From an uncultured bacterium (lineage in GTDB: Bacteria; T1Sed10-126): a stretch of DNA of 20,607 nucleotides. The stretch is from positions 1 through 20,607 of the forward strand of contig CAZMIT010000021.1 in the NCBI GenBank assembly GCA_964566495.1. Direction: 5' to 3'. The notes below the pieces were generated by a model. That model was not told the DNA's origin. It did no database searches and saw only the letters and a list, made by a program, of their open reading frames with translations. Below, in pieces: positions 1-8,234 of the stretch. Numbering within the stretch: position 1 is the first letter of the stretch; each line of letters begins with the position of its first letter. Made by a program: the position numbers and the translations under genes.

Positions 1-2
1 GG

Positions 3-338
3 TCGATGCCCCGGGTGGAGTTAGAGGAAGAACAAGACGTGCAGGTGCTGGAGGCGATTGATCCGGAAGCGGGAACGCCCGGTCGGCCGCGCCAGAGAAT
101 TCATAACCCCTTGCCCGAAGTACCCGGCTGGTTGGAGGAGACCGGGCAGCGGACGCGGCTTGTTGTTTCTTATAGGATTCAAGCGGACGGGGACGTCAAC
201 TCGGTCGAGGTGCTGGGAAGTAGCGGCTATCCGGAGCTGGACGCGCTGGTTGTCAACTACATCCAGCGTTGGAAATATGAGCCGGCGTCGGAAACCGAGG
301 ATCGTCTGCTGGAGATACATTTTGAGCTCAGGACGTGA
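3..338 (+). CDS. tonB: Energy transducer TonB, C-terminal domain (probably 5'-truncated by the window edge)
   Basis: Frame is open from the window start. PEVPGW...LVVSYRIQADGDVNSVEVLGSSGYPELDALVVNYIQRWKYEPA matches the TonB_C pattern (V.v..SSG...lD.aA...v..W.f.P). Confidence 0.85.
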   Translation, partial: SMPRVELEEEQDVQVLEAIDPEAGTPGRPRQRIHNPLPEVPGWLEETGQRTRLVVSYRIQADGDVNSVEVLGSSGYPELDALVVNYIQRWKYEPASETEDRLLEIHFELRT

Positions 339-418
339 AATCTTGCAAAAACTGGTCCGTGCCAGCAAAGGTGAATAATACTTGTTTGGCGTGGTTCTGA
401 CAAAATATTCAGAGTTCC

Positions 419-542
419 GTTATCCCGGGCAAGAGACCCGGAAGCCATCTTGGATTTAGCGTCATTCCGGCCCTCGAGCCGGAAATTATCTTGAACTTGA
501 CGTCATTCCGGCCTCCGAGCCGGAATCCATCTTGGACTTGAT
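419..542. repeat. Three tandem 41-42 bp REP-like palindromic units (GTCATTCCGGC-N-GCCGGAATCCA family)
   Basis: Units start at 419 (degenerate), 461 and 502. A fourth copy lies at 7727-7754. Confidence 0.85.
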
Positions 543-560
543 CTTGATTTTCGGTCTTGC

Positions 561-637
561 GCCTCTTCGCCTGCTCGCAAGCTCGCCTCTTCGAGCTTTT
601 CCCCCTTGAAGGGGGGAAAGACAAAGGGGGGTGAAAA
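561..637. repeat. 8-bp-period GCTCGCCT-type repeat followed by a CCCCCTT-GAAGGGGG REP-like palindrome
   Basis: gcctcttcgcctgctcgcaagctcgcctcttcgagc matches modules at 7492-7540, 7781-7815 and 8036-8076. ttcccccttgaaggggggaa is a hairpin. Confidence 0.75.
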
Positions 638-742
638 AATGGATCGCTGGTCAAGCCCGCCTATGACGATCGTTGGATCAAAATTAAAATTATCGGGAGA
701 ACGTAAAACAGTTGCGGTTTCTAAAGTTTTGCGGTTTTCCCG

Positions 743-878
743 TTCTGAGGACCGATATATTTCTGACATCATTCTCGTGGCCCTCGGGGCCACTTCCGAG
801 GTATAAAGACCTCAAAGCAACCCCATCCTGGGGTTTGAGGTCTTTATAAATCCGTCAGAAACACATCGGCCCTCAGAA
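743..878 (-). ncRNA. Candidate structured RNA (25-bp closing stem plus two internal hairpins); a MITE is the alternative
   Basis: 743-767 and 854-878 are inverted repeats at 22/25, and all 3 mismatches are G-U pairs on the minus strand. Internal hairpins lie at 774-800 and 802-848 (15-bp perfect arms). Confidence 0.55.
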
Positions 879-1030
879 TTACCGTTTCTTTTTTATAAAG
901 TGGGGGCTATTACCACTTGACCAAAAATAAACGTATGGTGAAAGATATGGACTATCTTGCTGGCAAAACGTAAAACTTTAGTATGGTGAATAATATGCGA
1001 ATAATTCAAAAATTTTGGGATTGTCTATTT

Positions 1031-4000
1031 ATGAAAAAAAGTTTAATTGTAGCTGTTTTATCCGTTAGTTTACTGTTTGTTTCCGTTCAGTCGCCGCTTA
1101 CCGGGGGGATGCGGGAAAAACGTGATTACCGGGCCGCGGTCGGACTTTTGCGGGAGGGCGACCTGGAGCTGGCGCGTGGCCAGTATGAACGTTTTTTGAG
1201 TCAATACCCGGATTCAGACAAGCGCCCGCGTGCCTTATTCGGGCTGGCGGAGACCTATTATCTGGAAGAAAAATACGAACAGGCGGCGGTGAAATACCGG
1301 CAGTCGCTGGAGAAGGATTTAGAAGGGGATTATCGTGGACAGGCCTTTGAGCGGGGGTTAGAGTCGGCCCGGCGGGGCAACCGGGTTGAGCTGGCAAAAG
1401 ATCTGATCGAGCTGGCCGGTGAGGACCCACTTGAAGAAGTAAGCCGGCAAGGACTTCTGGAAGCGGTATTACTGTTTGAAGAAAAAGGTCGTTATGAGAG
1501 CGGTCTGGAATTGATAGAACAGGTGCTTGACAAACATCCCGAAGACAAGGAATGGTTGCACGAAAAAGCTGTTTACCTGGCCGAGATTGGCCGGTTGGAT
1601 GAGGGACTGGAGTTGACGGATGAGATTATTGCGGCCGACCGGGAGTATGTGCCGGAAGCGCGTCTTCTGCGAGCGGAAATTAATTATGCGCTTGGTGAAC
1701 GAGACGCCTCGGCGGAGGATTACCGGTCGCTAAAAGAGGCGGAAAACTTCCGTTACGAGGCCTATTACGGTCTTGCCTGGTTGAAGGTGGAAGAGGCCGA
1801 GCTGGAGCAGGCGGTTAAAAAATTTAAAAAGGTTCATGATCAGGCAGAGCGACCTGAGTTGCAGGTGCGCGCCGCTCGCGACGTCGCTCGAGTTAGAGCT
1901 GAACTGGGGGAGCAGGCCGAAGCCGAAGGCTGGTATGATACCGCGCTTGAGCTGGCCCGGGAGCCACAGCGCTCGAATATTTTAATCGAAAAAGCTGAAT
2001 ATCTGGTTGAAAACGATCAACTGGAGGAGGCCGTAGATTATTACGAGGAAGCGCAGGTTACTCTGCCGGCGGAGAGCGTCAAAAGTTTAATCGAGGGATA
2101 CATTTCACTGCGGCGTTACGAGTCGGCGGCAGAGCGACTCGAGGAGGCGCTGGAGGACGGGCGCATAAGTGGTTTCCGGTGGCAGCGGTTGCTGGCTCAC
2201 AGCTATTTCAAGCTGCGTGATTTAGAGCGGGCTGAAGTTACAATCCCCGCGCCCGCGGAAGCGCCTGATGAGGAAGAAAAAGTTGATGCCTTTAGATTGC
2301 TGGGGAGTATTTTTTATCAGCAGGGAAAACTTTCAGAAGCGCGGCGTATCTTTGAAACCTGGGGCGATGAGTTTCCCGGTTCAGAACCAGAATTAAATCG
2401 AGCCCTGGTTGAGGAAAAACTGGGGCAGCGTTCTCAGGCTCTTGAGCGGCTAAAGTCAATAGTGGACGAACAACCCGCCGACGAAATTGAAGCGCGGGCG
2501 CGCTACCACCTGGCCCGAATAATTTTCAAGGAGGATGCTGAGCAAGCGGGCAAGGAGTTGGATAAGATAGACACAACTGTCCTGGAGCCACCGGTTTCTG
2601 TAGAATATGAATTGTTGAAATTAGCTTCTCAACTGGAGACCGAGGGGGCGCAGGCAGAGGTCTACGAGCGAGCTCGGGCGCTGAAAGACTCAATAGAGAG
2701 GGAGGTATTTTTGTCACGCTGGTATGGCAAGCTGGTAGAAGCGGAGGTCCCCCGGCAGTGGTGGGAAGAAACTTTAGTGACAGTGTTGCTTGATCACAGA
2801 CTGGTCCGCGAGGATTGGGGTTCAACAACAGTTCATCACCTGCGTCAGCGCGGCTGGTCTGATTTTTCCCGTCAAGTGGGAGAAAAAATATTAGAAACTG
2901 ATCTGAAGCCGGTGGCCGCACAGCAGGTGCGTCTGGCCCTTTTAGAAACATATTTTGAAGCTGGTAATTATGAAGGGGTGGAAGAATATTTCCCATCCGT
3001 CCAGCATTTGAGGGAGTGGTCGTCGGAAAATGTTCGCGGACTGGTTCATTTTACAGCTCAGTATTACCGGGCGCTTGAAGAGCCCACCTCGGGTTATGCG
3101 CGGCTGGTAGAAATCCAGGAGACGCTGCCCGAGGTAAGTCAGGAAGACGAGTGGTTCATTGATGAAAATATTGCTTATTTTGCGCTGCACCTGGGCCAGT
3201 CCGGCCAGGCGCGTGAAATTCTGGCGGCGATTCCGGCTGAGAGTCGGACCAGAACTGGCGAGTTAAACCTGGCAATTGCCGAACACCATAGTGGTGCTTC
3301 CGGACAGGCTTACGAGCGTTTAATTTCTCTGCGGGAGTGGTTTGAACAGCCGCCGCTCTTATTTTACGACTACGGATTCCGGCTACTTCGTTATCATGAG
3401 GATTTTCATCGACTGCGCGACTGGAGCGAGGAGTTTATGGGGGAGGACCGTTTTGCGGACGAGAAGTCCAGCGAACCGCTGGTCGAAAATATACAGTTCT
3501 GGGCCAGCCAGGACGCTGAAACGGAGGCAATTGAATATGCCGAGCGATTGATTGAACGTTCGGAAAAACGGAGCTTTCTGGCCCGGCTCAAGTATTACCA
3601 GGGTGTTGCCTATTATAACCGTGGTGACCTGGAGAAGGCGGGCGAGGTGCTGAGTCTGTTGCGCGAAGAGTATGAACCGGTAGAGGAGCTGCTGGCCCGG
3701 ACGCTGAGGATTGAAGTTGAGCTGGCTCTACGACTTGATGATTGGACGGGGGCCTACGAACGGTGGCAGGACCTGCACGAGCTTGAGGCCGGTGGTGAGC
3801 CTGGTGCCCGTATACTCGGCGAAGCCGGTCTGCAGGCGGCGCCGGATCGGTTTGAAACACTGCTTGAAGTGATGGAAAGCGATTACGCCGATTACCTGGC
3901 CCCTGGCGATGCTATCTTCTGGGAGGCGCGGCTGGCCGAGGAACGTGGGGTGGACGGTGCGGCGATTGAGGCCTATGAAAAGTATCTCGCAGGGGGGTAT

Positions 4001-5623
4001 GAAAATTATGATCTGCAAAGTCAGCGTCGCCTGGCTGAAATATATGCAGAGAACGAAGACTTTGAAGAAGCCCTGCACCACTGGTCGGAAATTTACGAAG
4101 CTACCGGTGAGCCGGAGGTATTGGTTGAGAAAGCCTTCATCAAGCGGGAAATGGATAGTTATCACGAGTCGTCAGAACTATTTTTAGCGGCCCGTGAGGA
4201 GCAACCGGAGCGTGAACAGTGGTTTGATTATCAACTGGGGCGCAACAAGGTGGAAACCGACAGCCCCGCGGTCGGTCTGGAGGCAATCGAAACTGCAATT
4301 AGTGAAGCTCCGTCCGATGCCGAGTGGCTGACCGAGGCAAAAGGAGATGGACTGCGCCTGGCCCTCAACCACGGTGAAACGGGAGTGGCGGAAAACTTGA
4401 TAGAAATGCTGGGAGAGACGCCCGAGAAACTGCTTTACCGGGCGGAGCTTACTCGGCAGCTTGGTGATGAGGCGACAGCGCTGCAGGAACTACAAGCATT
4501 TGAAGGCGAATTTTCAGCGGCGCAGGAGGGATTGGAGGAGGAACACCGGGAAATAGGTGCATCTATTTACTGGGAAAACGAAAATTACGAGCAGTTAATA
4601 GAGCACCTGTCGGAGATTCCGGGACGTCCCCGGCACCAGCTCTGGCGGCTGCAGTCGTTACTTGCCCTTGAGAAAGAAGACTCTGCGACAAGTCTCTACC
4701 AGGGAATGGACTCCGAGGTAGTTGCCGAGGCTGCCGAACAATTGGGTGATTATTATTTTGAGCGGGGAGACTGGCGCTACGCTCGCGGCTACTACGAGGA
4801 GGCTGATGAGACGCCGCGGGTTTTGATTAGACTGGTCGAGGTGGAGATGGAGCAGAAAAATTATGAACGGGCCCTGGACCGGCTGGCCGCTGTGCTTGAA
4901 AAACCGGCCGATGAACTGGCTGAGGACGAGTGGATGCCGGTTGTTCTAAACCGGCTGGAAGGGATTGTTGAAAAGGGGGAGATACCTGAAGCCGGGCTGC
5001 AAAAAATTACCGCACACCCGGAGCTATTTGAACAGTTGGACGAGGCTGCGCCGTTAGCGCTCAGTTGGGCGTTAGAGGCGGAGCAGGTGGAGAAAGTAAA
5101 AGAATATTACGAGTGGTTGAGCGCGGAGCAGCTTGAAGAACAACTTTACCGTGAGCTGGCGGAATTTTTAAATAAACACGAAAAATGGGAGCTGCTTGAA
5201 GAAATTTCCGGGGTTCACGCAGACCTGGACGAGGAAATTCCGGCTGCGCGTGCGTATTACCGGCTGGTTCCGCAGGTTCGGGGGAGTGATGATCCGGATA
5301 CGGAAGTAGTAGAGAAATTGAACCAGGAGCTGGATGAGGCAGTCGACGCAGCTTCTCCCTACGGTCCGCGGCTGCAGGTATTAATTGGTGATTTTTATTT
5401 TCGCCGCGGTGACTACCAGCAGGCGGCGGTTGAATATCACAAGGTAGGGCTGTTATTTGACGAGCCGCCAAATCGAGCCCCGGCCCGTCTGAAACTGGGG
5501 GAAGCCCAGCTACGCCTGGGAAATGAAGAACGGGCCCGGGAGATCCTGGTCGAGTTAAGTGAAGATGACCAGGTAGAGGCTGAAATTAGTGGAGAGGCAG
5601 TGGAGTTGTTGAACGAGCTGTGA
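1031..5623 (+). CDS. Very large secreted tetratricopeptide-repeat protein (~1530 aa) with BamD/CpoB-like TPR units at both ends
   Basis: ATG at 1031 gives a signal peptide (MKKSLIVAVLSVSLLFVSVQS). TPR patterns run throughout, e.g. YERFLSQYPDSDKRPRALFGLAETYY and IGDFYFRRGDYQQAAVEYHKV...ARLKLGEAQLRLG. The ORF track starts at 983. Confidence 0.85.
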   Translation: MKKSLIVAVLSVSLLFVSVQSPLTGGMREKRDYRAAVGLLREGDLELARGQYERFLSQYPDSDKRPRALFGLAETYYLEEKYEQAAVKYRQSLEKDLEGDYRGQAFERGLESARRGNRVELAKDLIELAGEDPLEEVSRQGLLEAVLLFEEKGRYESGLELIEQVLDKHPEDKEWLHEKAVYLAEIGRLDEGLELTDEIIAADREYVPEARLLRAEINYALGERDASAEDYRSLKEAENFRYEAYYGLAWLKVEEAELEQAVKKFKKVHDQAERPELQVRAARDVARVRAELGEQAEAEGWYDTALELAREPQRSNILIEKAEYLVENDQLEEAVDYYEEAQVTLPAESVKSLIEGYISLRRYESAAERLEEALEDGRISGFRWQRLLAHSYFKLRDLERAEVTIPAPAEAPDEEEKVDAFRLLGSIFYQQGKLSEARRIFETWGDEFPGSEPELNRALVEEKLGQRSQALERLKSIVDEQPADEIEARARYHLARIIFKEDAEQAGKELDKIDTTVLEPPVSVEYELLKLASQLETEGAQAEVYERARALKDSIEREVFLSRWYGKLVEAEVPRQWWEETLVTVLLDHRLVREDWGSTTVHHLRQRGWSDFSRQVGEKILETDLKPVAAQQVRLALLETYFEAGNYEGVEEYFPSVQHLREWSSENVRGLVHFTAQYYRALEEPTSGYARLVEIQETLPEVSQEDEWFIDENIAYFALHLGQSGQAREILAAIPAESRTRTGELNLAIAEHHSGASGQAYERLISLREWFEQPPLLFYDYGFRLLRYHEDFHRLRDWSEEFMGEDRFADEKSSEPLVENIQFWASQDAETEAIEYAERLIERSEKRSFLARLKYYQGVAYYNRGDLEKAGEVLSLLREEYEPVEELLARTLRIEVELALRLDDWTGAYERWQDLHELEAGGEPGARILGEAGLQAAPDRFETLLEVMESDYADYLAPGDAIFWEARLAEERGVDGAAIEAYEKYLAGGYENYDLQSQRRLAEIYAENEDFEEALHHWSEIYEATGEPEVLVEKAFIKREMDSYHESSELFLAAREEQPEREQWFDYQLGRNKVETDSPAVGLEAIETAISEAPSDAEWLTEAKGDGLRLALNHGETGVAENLIEMLGETPEKLLYRAELTRQLGDEATALQELQAFEGEFSAAQEGLEEEHREIGASIYWENENYEQLIEHLSEIPGRPRHQLWRLQSLLALEKEDSATSLYQGMDSEVVAEAAEQLGDYYFERGDWRYARGYYEEADETPRVLIRLVEVEMEQKNYERALDRLAAVLEKPADELAEDEWMPVVLNRLEGIVEKGEIPEAGLQKITAHPELFEQLDEAAPLALSWALEAEQVEKVKEYYEWLSAEQLEEQLYRELAEFLNKHEKWELLEEISGVHADLDEEIPAARAYYRLVPQVRGSDDPDTEVVEKLNQELDEAVDAASPYGPRLQVLIGDFYFRRGDYQQAAVEYHKVGLLFDEPPNRAPARLKLGEAQLRLGNEERAREILVELSEDDQVEAEISGEAVELLNEL

Positions 5624-6042
5624 AATTTTTAATTGATAGCTGGCTCTCCGGTAGAAGGTTTAACTGTCACTTGAAGCCGGTGGTATGGAGCGCAGTTATT
5701 ATCTTCTGTGTTATTCTGGTTATTTTACCCGAACGAACAGTCCGGGCTCGCGAACGAATTATAATTGAGGGCGAGGATCGAAAAGCGCCGGCGGCGGCTT
5801 ATGAATACGAGAGCCGCGAGGACACGACCCCTTTCCAGCAGTTGCGGACAACTGAAGACGGACCTAACCCGGAGCGTGCCCAGCGGCCGGGAGTTTACCA
5901 ACCTTTTGCTGAACACCGTTCTTTTAATCCTTCCCGCCCCTATACGGTAACTTCGAGCGAGACGGTTGTGGACGAATACAGCGGCCGTGAGTGGTTTTTC
6001 TTCTCGCTCGGTGCCGGCGTCCTCCTTTTACTTGTCCTTTAA
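5620..6042 (+). CDS. Hypothetical membrane/exported protein
   Basis: GTGA start/stop overlap with the TPR gene. N-terminal hydrophobic segment VVWSAVIIFCVILVIL and C-terminal hydrophobic tail WFFFSLGAGVLLLLVL. Confidence 0.65.
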   Translation: MKFLIDSWLSGRRFNCHLKPVVWSAVIIFCVILVILPERTVRARERIIIEGEDRKAPAAAYEYESREDTTPFQQLRTTEDGPNPERAQRPGVYQPFAEHRSFNPSRPYTVTSSETVVDEYSGREWFFFSLGAGVLLLLVL

Positions 6043-6073
6043 AGTTTAACTCTGGCACTCTGAAGGTGAGAAG

Positions 6074-6208
6074 ATGAAGGAGTGGAAACGAGAACGGCCG
6101 AAGTTTAAGCCCGATCCCCGGGGGACTAAGAAGCTGACTATAACGGCTAAGTTCGCCATTGTGGTCGCAATTTTGCTGATAATCGGGTATTTTTTGGGAT
6201 TGTTTTAA
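6074..6208 (+). CDS. Small 44-aa membrane protein (absent from the ORF track)
   Basis: MKEWKRERPKFKPDPRGTKKLTITAKFAIVVAILLIIGYFLGLF*. AGGTGA RBS-like motif upstream, basic N-terminus and one C-terminal TM helix. Confidence 0.65.
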   Translation: MKEWKRERPKFKPDPRGTKKLTITAKFAIVVAILLIIGYFLGLF

Positions 6209-6224
6209 TAGGATATAGCAAAGT

Positions 6225-6713
6225 TTAGCCAAAACATTCCCATTCACCAGTGGTAATATTTAGCTGCAGGCGTGTTCCACCGCCACCAGAACATTCTGTT
6301 CCCTCATGATCTGTAAATGAACAACCAGCAGGCATATCGATAAGAATACCACGTTCATCCTGAGTTTCTCGGAGTCTAAATCGAGAACCGGAACCATCAG
6401 TTGGTTGATCAGAATGCTTCCATAAGCGTTCAGGCAAATATTCTTCCATTTCCTCACAATCATCACCAATAGTTCCGTCGCCGCAAGCATCCTCTAAATC
6501 TGACCAACTGTATTCTCCGTCAGCAATGGCCTGATTAATAGAGGTATGTATAGTTCTTAGGTCACCTTGGGCGCGAGATATACGAGCATCACAAATGGCG
6601 TCCATCACCTGTGGGACGGCGGCAGCAGCCAAGATGCCGATGATAGCTATGACTACCAGTAATTCGATCAGCGTAAAACCTGTCCGCTCGTTGTAATCAA
6701 TCAATTTAATCAC
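6225..6713 (-). CDS. Type IV pilin / pseudopilin-like protein (prepilin N-terminal methylation domain)
   Basis: Class III signal ...ERTG|FTLIELLVVIAIIGILAAAAVP with Glu5. Six Cys in the mature part. Confidence 0.9.
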   Translation of the reverse strand: MIKLIDYNERTGFTLIELLVVIAIIGILAAAAVPQVMDAICDARISRAQGDLRTIHTSINQAIADGEYSWSDLEDACGDGTIGDDCEEMEEYLPERLWKHSDQPTDGSGSRFRLRETQDERGILIDMPAGCSFTDHEGTECSGGGGTRLQLNITTGEWECFG

Positions 6714-7269
6714 CTTCGCTAAAAAATTTACTTACTGGTGGAGAAAAGTCGTCCAATAACTCTGATTTCAGGTTTTCGTCGTCTAAGATTGTAAAATTCT
6801 TTTCAAAACCGGTTTCGCCCCGGGTATGTACTTCAAGCTGCTCAGCTTCCGGGTCAACCAGCCATAGCTCGCGGACTCCCTCACGGTAATAGATAGATTT
6901 TTTTACCGTCCGGTCCCGTTCTTCAGTTGATTCTGAGAGTACTTCAATCACCAGGTCGGGAGCCCCTTCAATTACCTGTTTGCCGGCCTGTTTCATTCTT
7001 TCTTTAGAGAGAAAAAAGATATCTGGCTGCAAAACGTCGTATTCAGACAGTTTGACATCCATCGGGGAAATAATAACCTCCCCCAGATTATGCTTTTGCA
7101 CATATTGGTAAAGCAAAAAATTAATACGGTTAACAACTTTTTGATGTTTAAAACTCGGCGAGGGAATCATGTATAAATCTCCTCCTATCAACTCGAAACG
7201 CTTGTCGTCGGAGGTATGCAGATAGTCACGGTAGGTAAGGGGAGGCTGTTTTTTTGTCCTTACTTCCAT
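6706..7269 (-). CDS. Uma2 family (DUF820, PD-(D/E)xK-like) endonuclease
   Basis: Motifs RFELIGGDL, PSPSFKHQ, VLQPDI, GAPDLVIEVLS.ST..RDR..K...Y...GVRELWLVDP. GGAGGA RBS at 7277-7282 on the minus strand. Confidence 0.93.
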   Translation of the reverse strand: MEVRTKKQPPLTYRDYLHTSDDKRFELIGGDLYMIPSPSFKHQKVVNRINFLLYQYVQKHNLGEVIISPMDVKLSEYDVLQPDIFFLSKERMKQAGKQVIEGAPDLVIEVLSESTEERDRTVKKSIYYREGVRELWLVDPEAEQLEVHTRGETGFEKNFTILDDENLKSELLDDFSPPVSKFFSEGD

Positions 7270-7404
7270 TGCTTTATCCTCCGGATAAATCAGATTATGC
7301 TACCCTCTGTACTATACAAATTTAACACATTCTCACCGTTTTATCCAGAACTAACCGCGACTCCAGCAATTCACTTACATGAAACAGCCCATAATGGTTC
7401 TACT

Positions 7405-8100
7405 CTGCGCCCATCCGCGTTCATCTGCGTGCCATAAGAACTTGATCTTCGCTCTTGAACTTGACCTTGCTCTTGCTCTTGATTTCTCCGCACTTTCGCC
7501 TGCTCGCATGCTCGCCTGCTCGCCTGTTCGCAGGCTCGATGTTCACGCCCCGCTCCCTGCTCCCCGCGCCCACTCGCCCCATCTCCCTATCGCCCCACCG
7601 CCGCTCTCCCGCTTGCTCGCAAAAATTCAGCCTAAAGCTTAAAGTCCAAAGCTCAAAGCTAATTCAAATTGGTCAAGCTCTCATAATCTTGTTCATGTTC
7701 TTGATCTTGACCTTGATCTAAAGCTCGTCATTCCGGCCCCCGAGCCGGAATCCAGTGACTTTGGGCTGGATTTTGATTTTTCGCCTCTTCGCATGTTCGC
7801 AAGCTCGCCTGCTTGATGTTTACGCCACACGCCAAGCGCCCTGCTCCCCGCTCCCCGCGAACTTTCCCCCACTCGCCCCATCGTCGCTTCGCATCCCCAC
7901 TGCACTTGAACTTAATCTGCGTCCACCTGCGCAATCTGCGTGCCCCATCGCACTTGAACTTCCTTTGCATCTTCGCGCCTTTGCGTTCCCTGATTTTGCC
8001 TTGTGATTTACGCTCTTGATCTTGCTTTACCTCGAACTTTCGCCTGCTCGCATGCTCGCCTGTTCGCCGGCTCGATCTTTACCCCCCAACGCCCCACCAC
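7405..8100. repeat. Pyrimidine-rich mosaic of degenerate short-period tandem repeats and one REP-like palindrome
   Basis: Blocks of CTTGAT (6 bp), CTCCCCG and AAAGCTC (7 bp), GCTCGCCT (8 bp) and ATCTGCGT-like (9-10 bp) units. 7492-7540 and 8036-8076 are near-identical. REP-like copy at 7727-7754. Confidence 0.8.
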
Positions 8101-8153
8101 CCTTTAGCTTTTCCCGGGCTCGGGCTGGAAAGCAAGACACGTTGGCTCAATAT

Positions 8154-8182
8154 TTGACATAAGGGGGATTATAGACGATAAT
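8154..8182 (+). promoter_or_regulatory. Sigma70-type promoter for the comEA-like gene
   Basis: TTGACA (8154-8159), 17-bp spacer, GATAAT (8177-8182), about 50 bp upstream of the ATG at 8235. Confidence 0.7.
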
Positions 8183-8234
8183 TAATATGAAGAGGGATGG
8201 TCAAATATCTGGATTTACTGGGGGGTAAACTCTC

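Noticed and set aside
341..365. Sigma54 promoter on the minus strand (TGGCACG...TTGC)
   Set aside because: The GG-to-GC spacing is 5 bp too long for a -24/-12 element.
419..542. CRISPR array
   Set aside because: The period is only 41-42 bp, the linkers are short and similar to each other rather than unique spacers, and there are no cas genes in the window.
503..806. ORFs 503..793 (-), 409..654 (-) and 606..806 (+)
   Set aside because: They run through REP-like repeats and the hairpin element, with no recognisable domain or convincing RBS.
983..1030. ORF-track start of the TPR gene at 983
   Set aside because: The ATG at 1031 yields a canonical signal peptide, and the extension overlaps promoter-like sequence.
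7216..8019. Several 68-88 aa ORFs in the repeat mosaic
   Set aside because: These are low-complexity translations of tandem repeats, overlapping in many frames.
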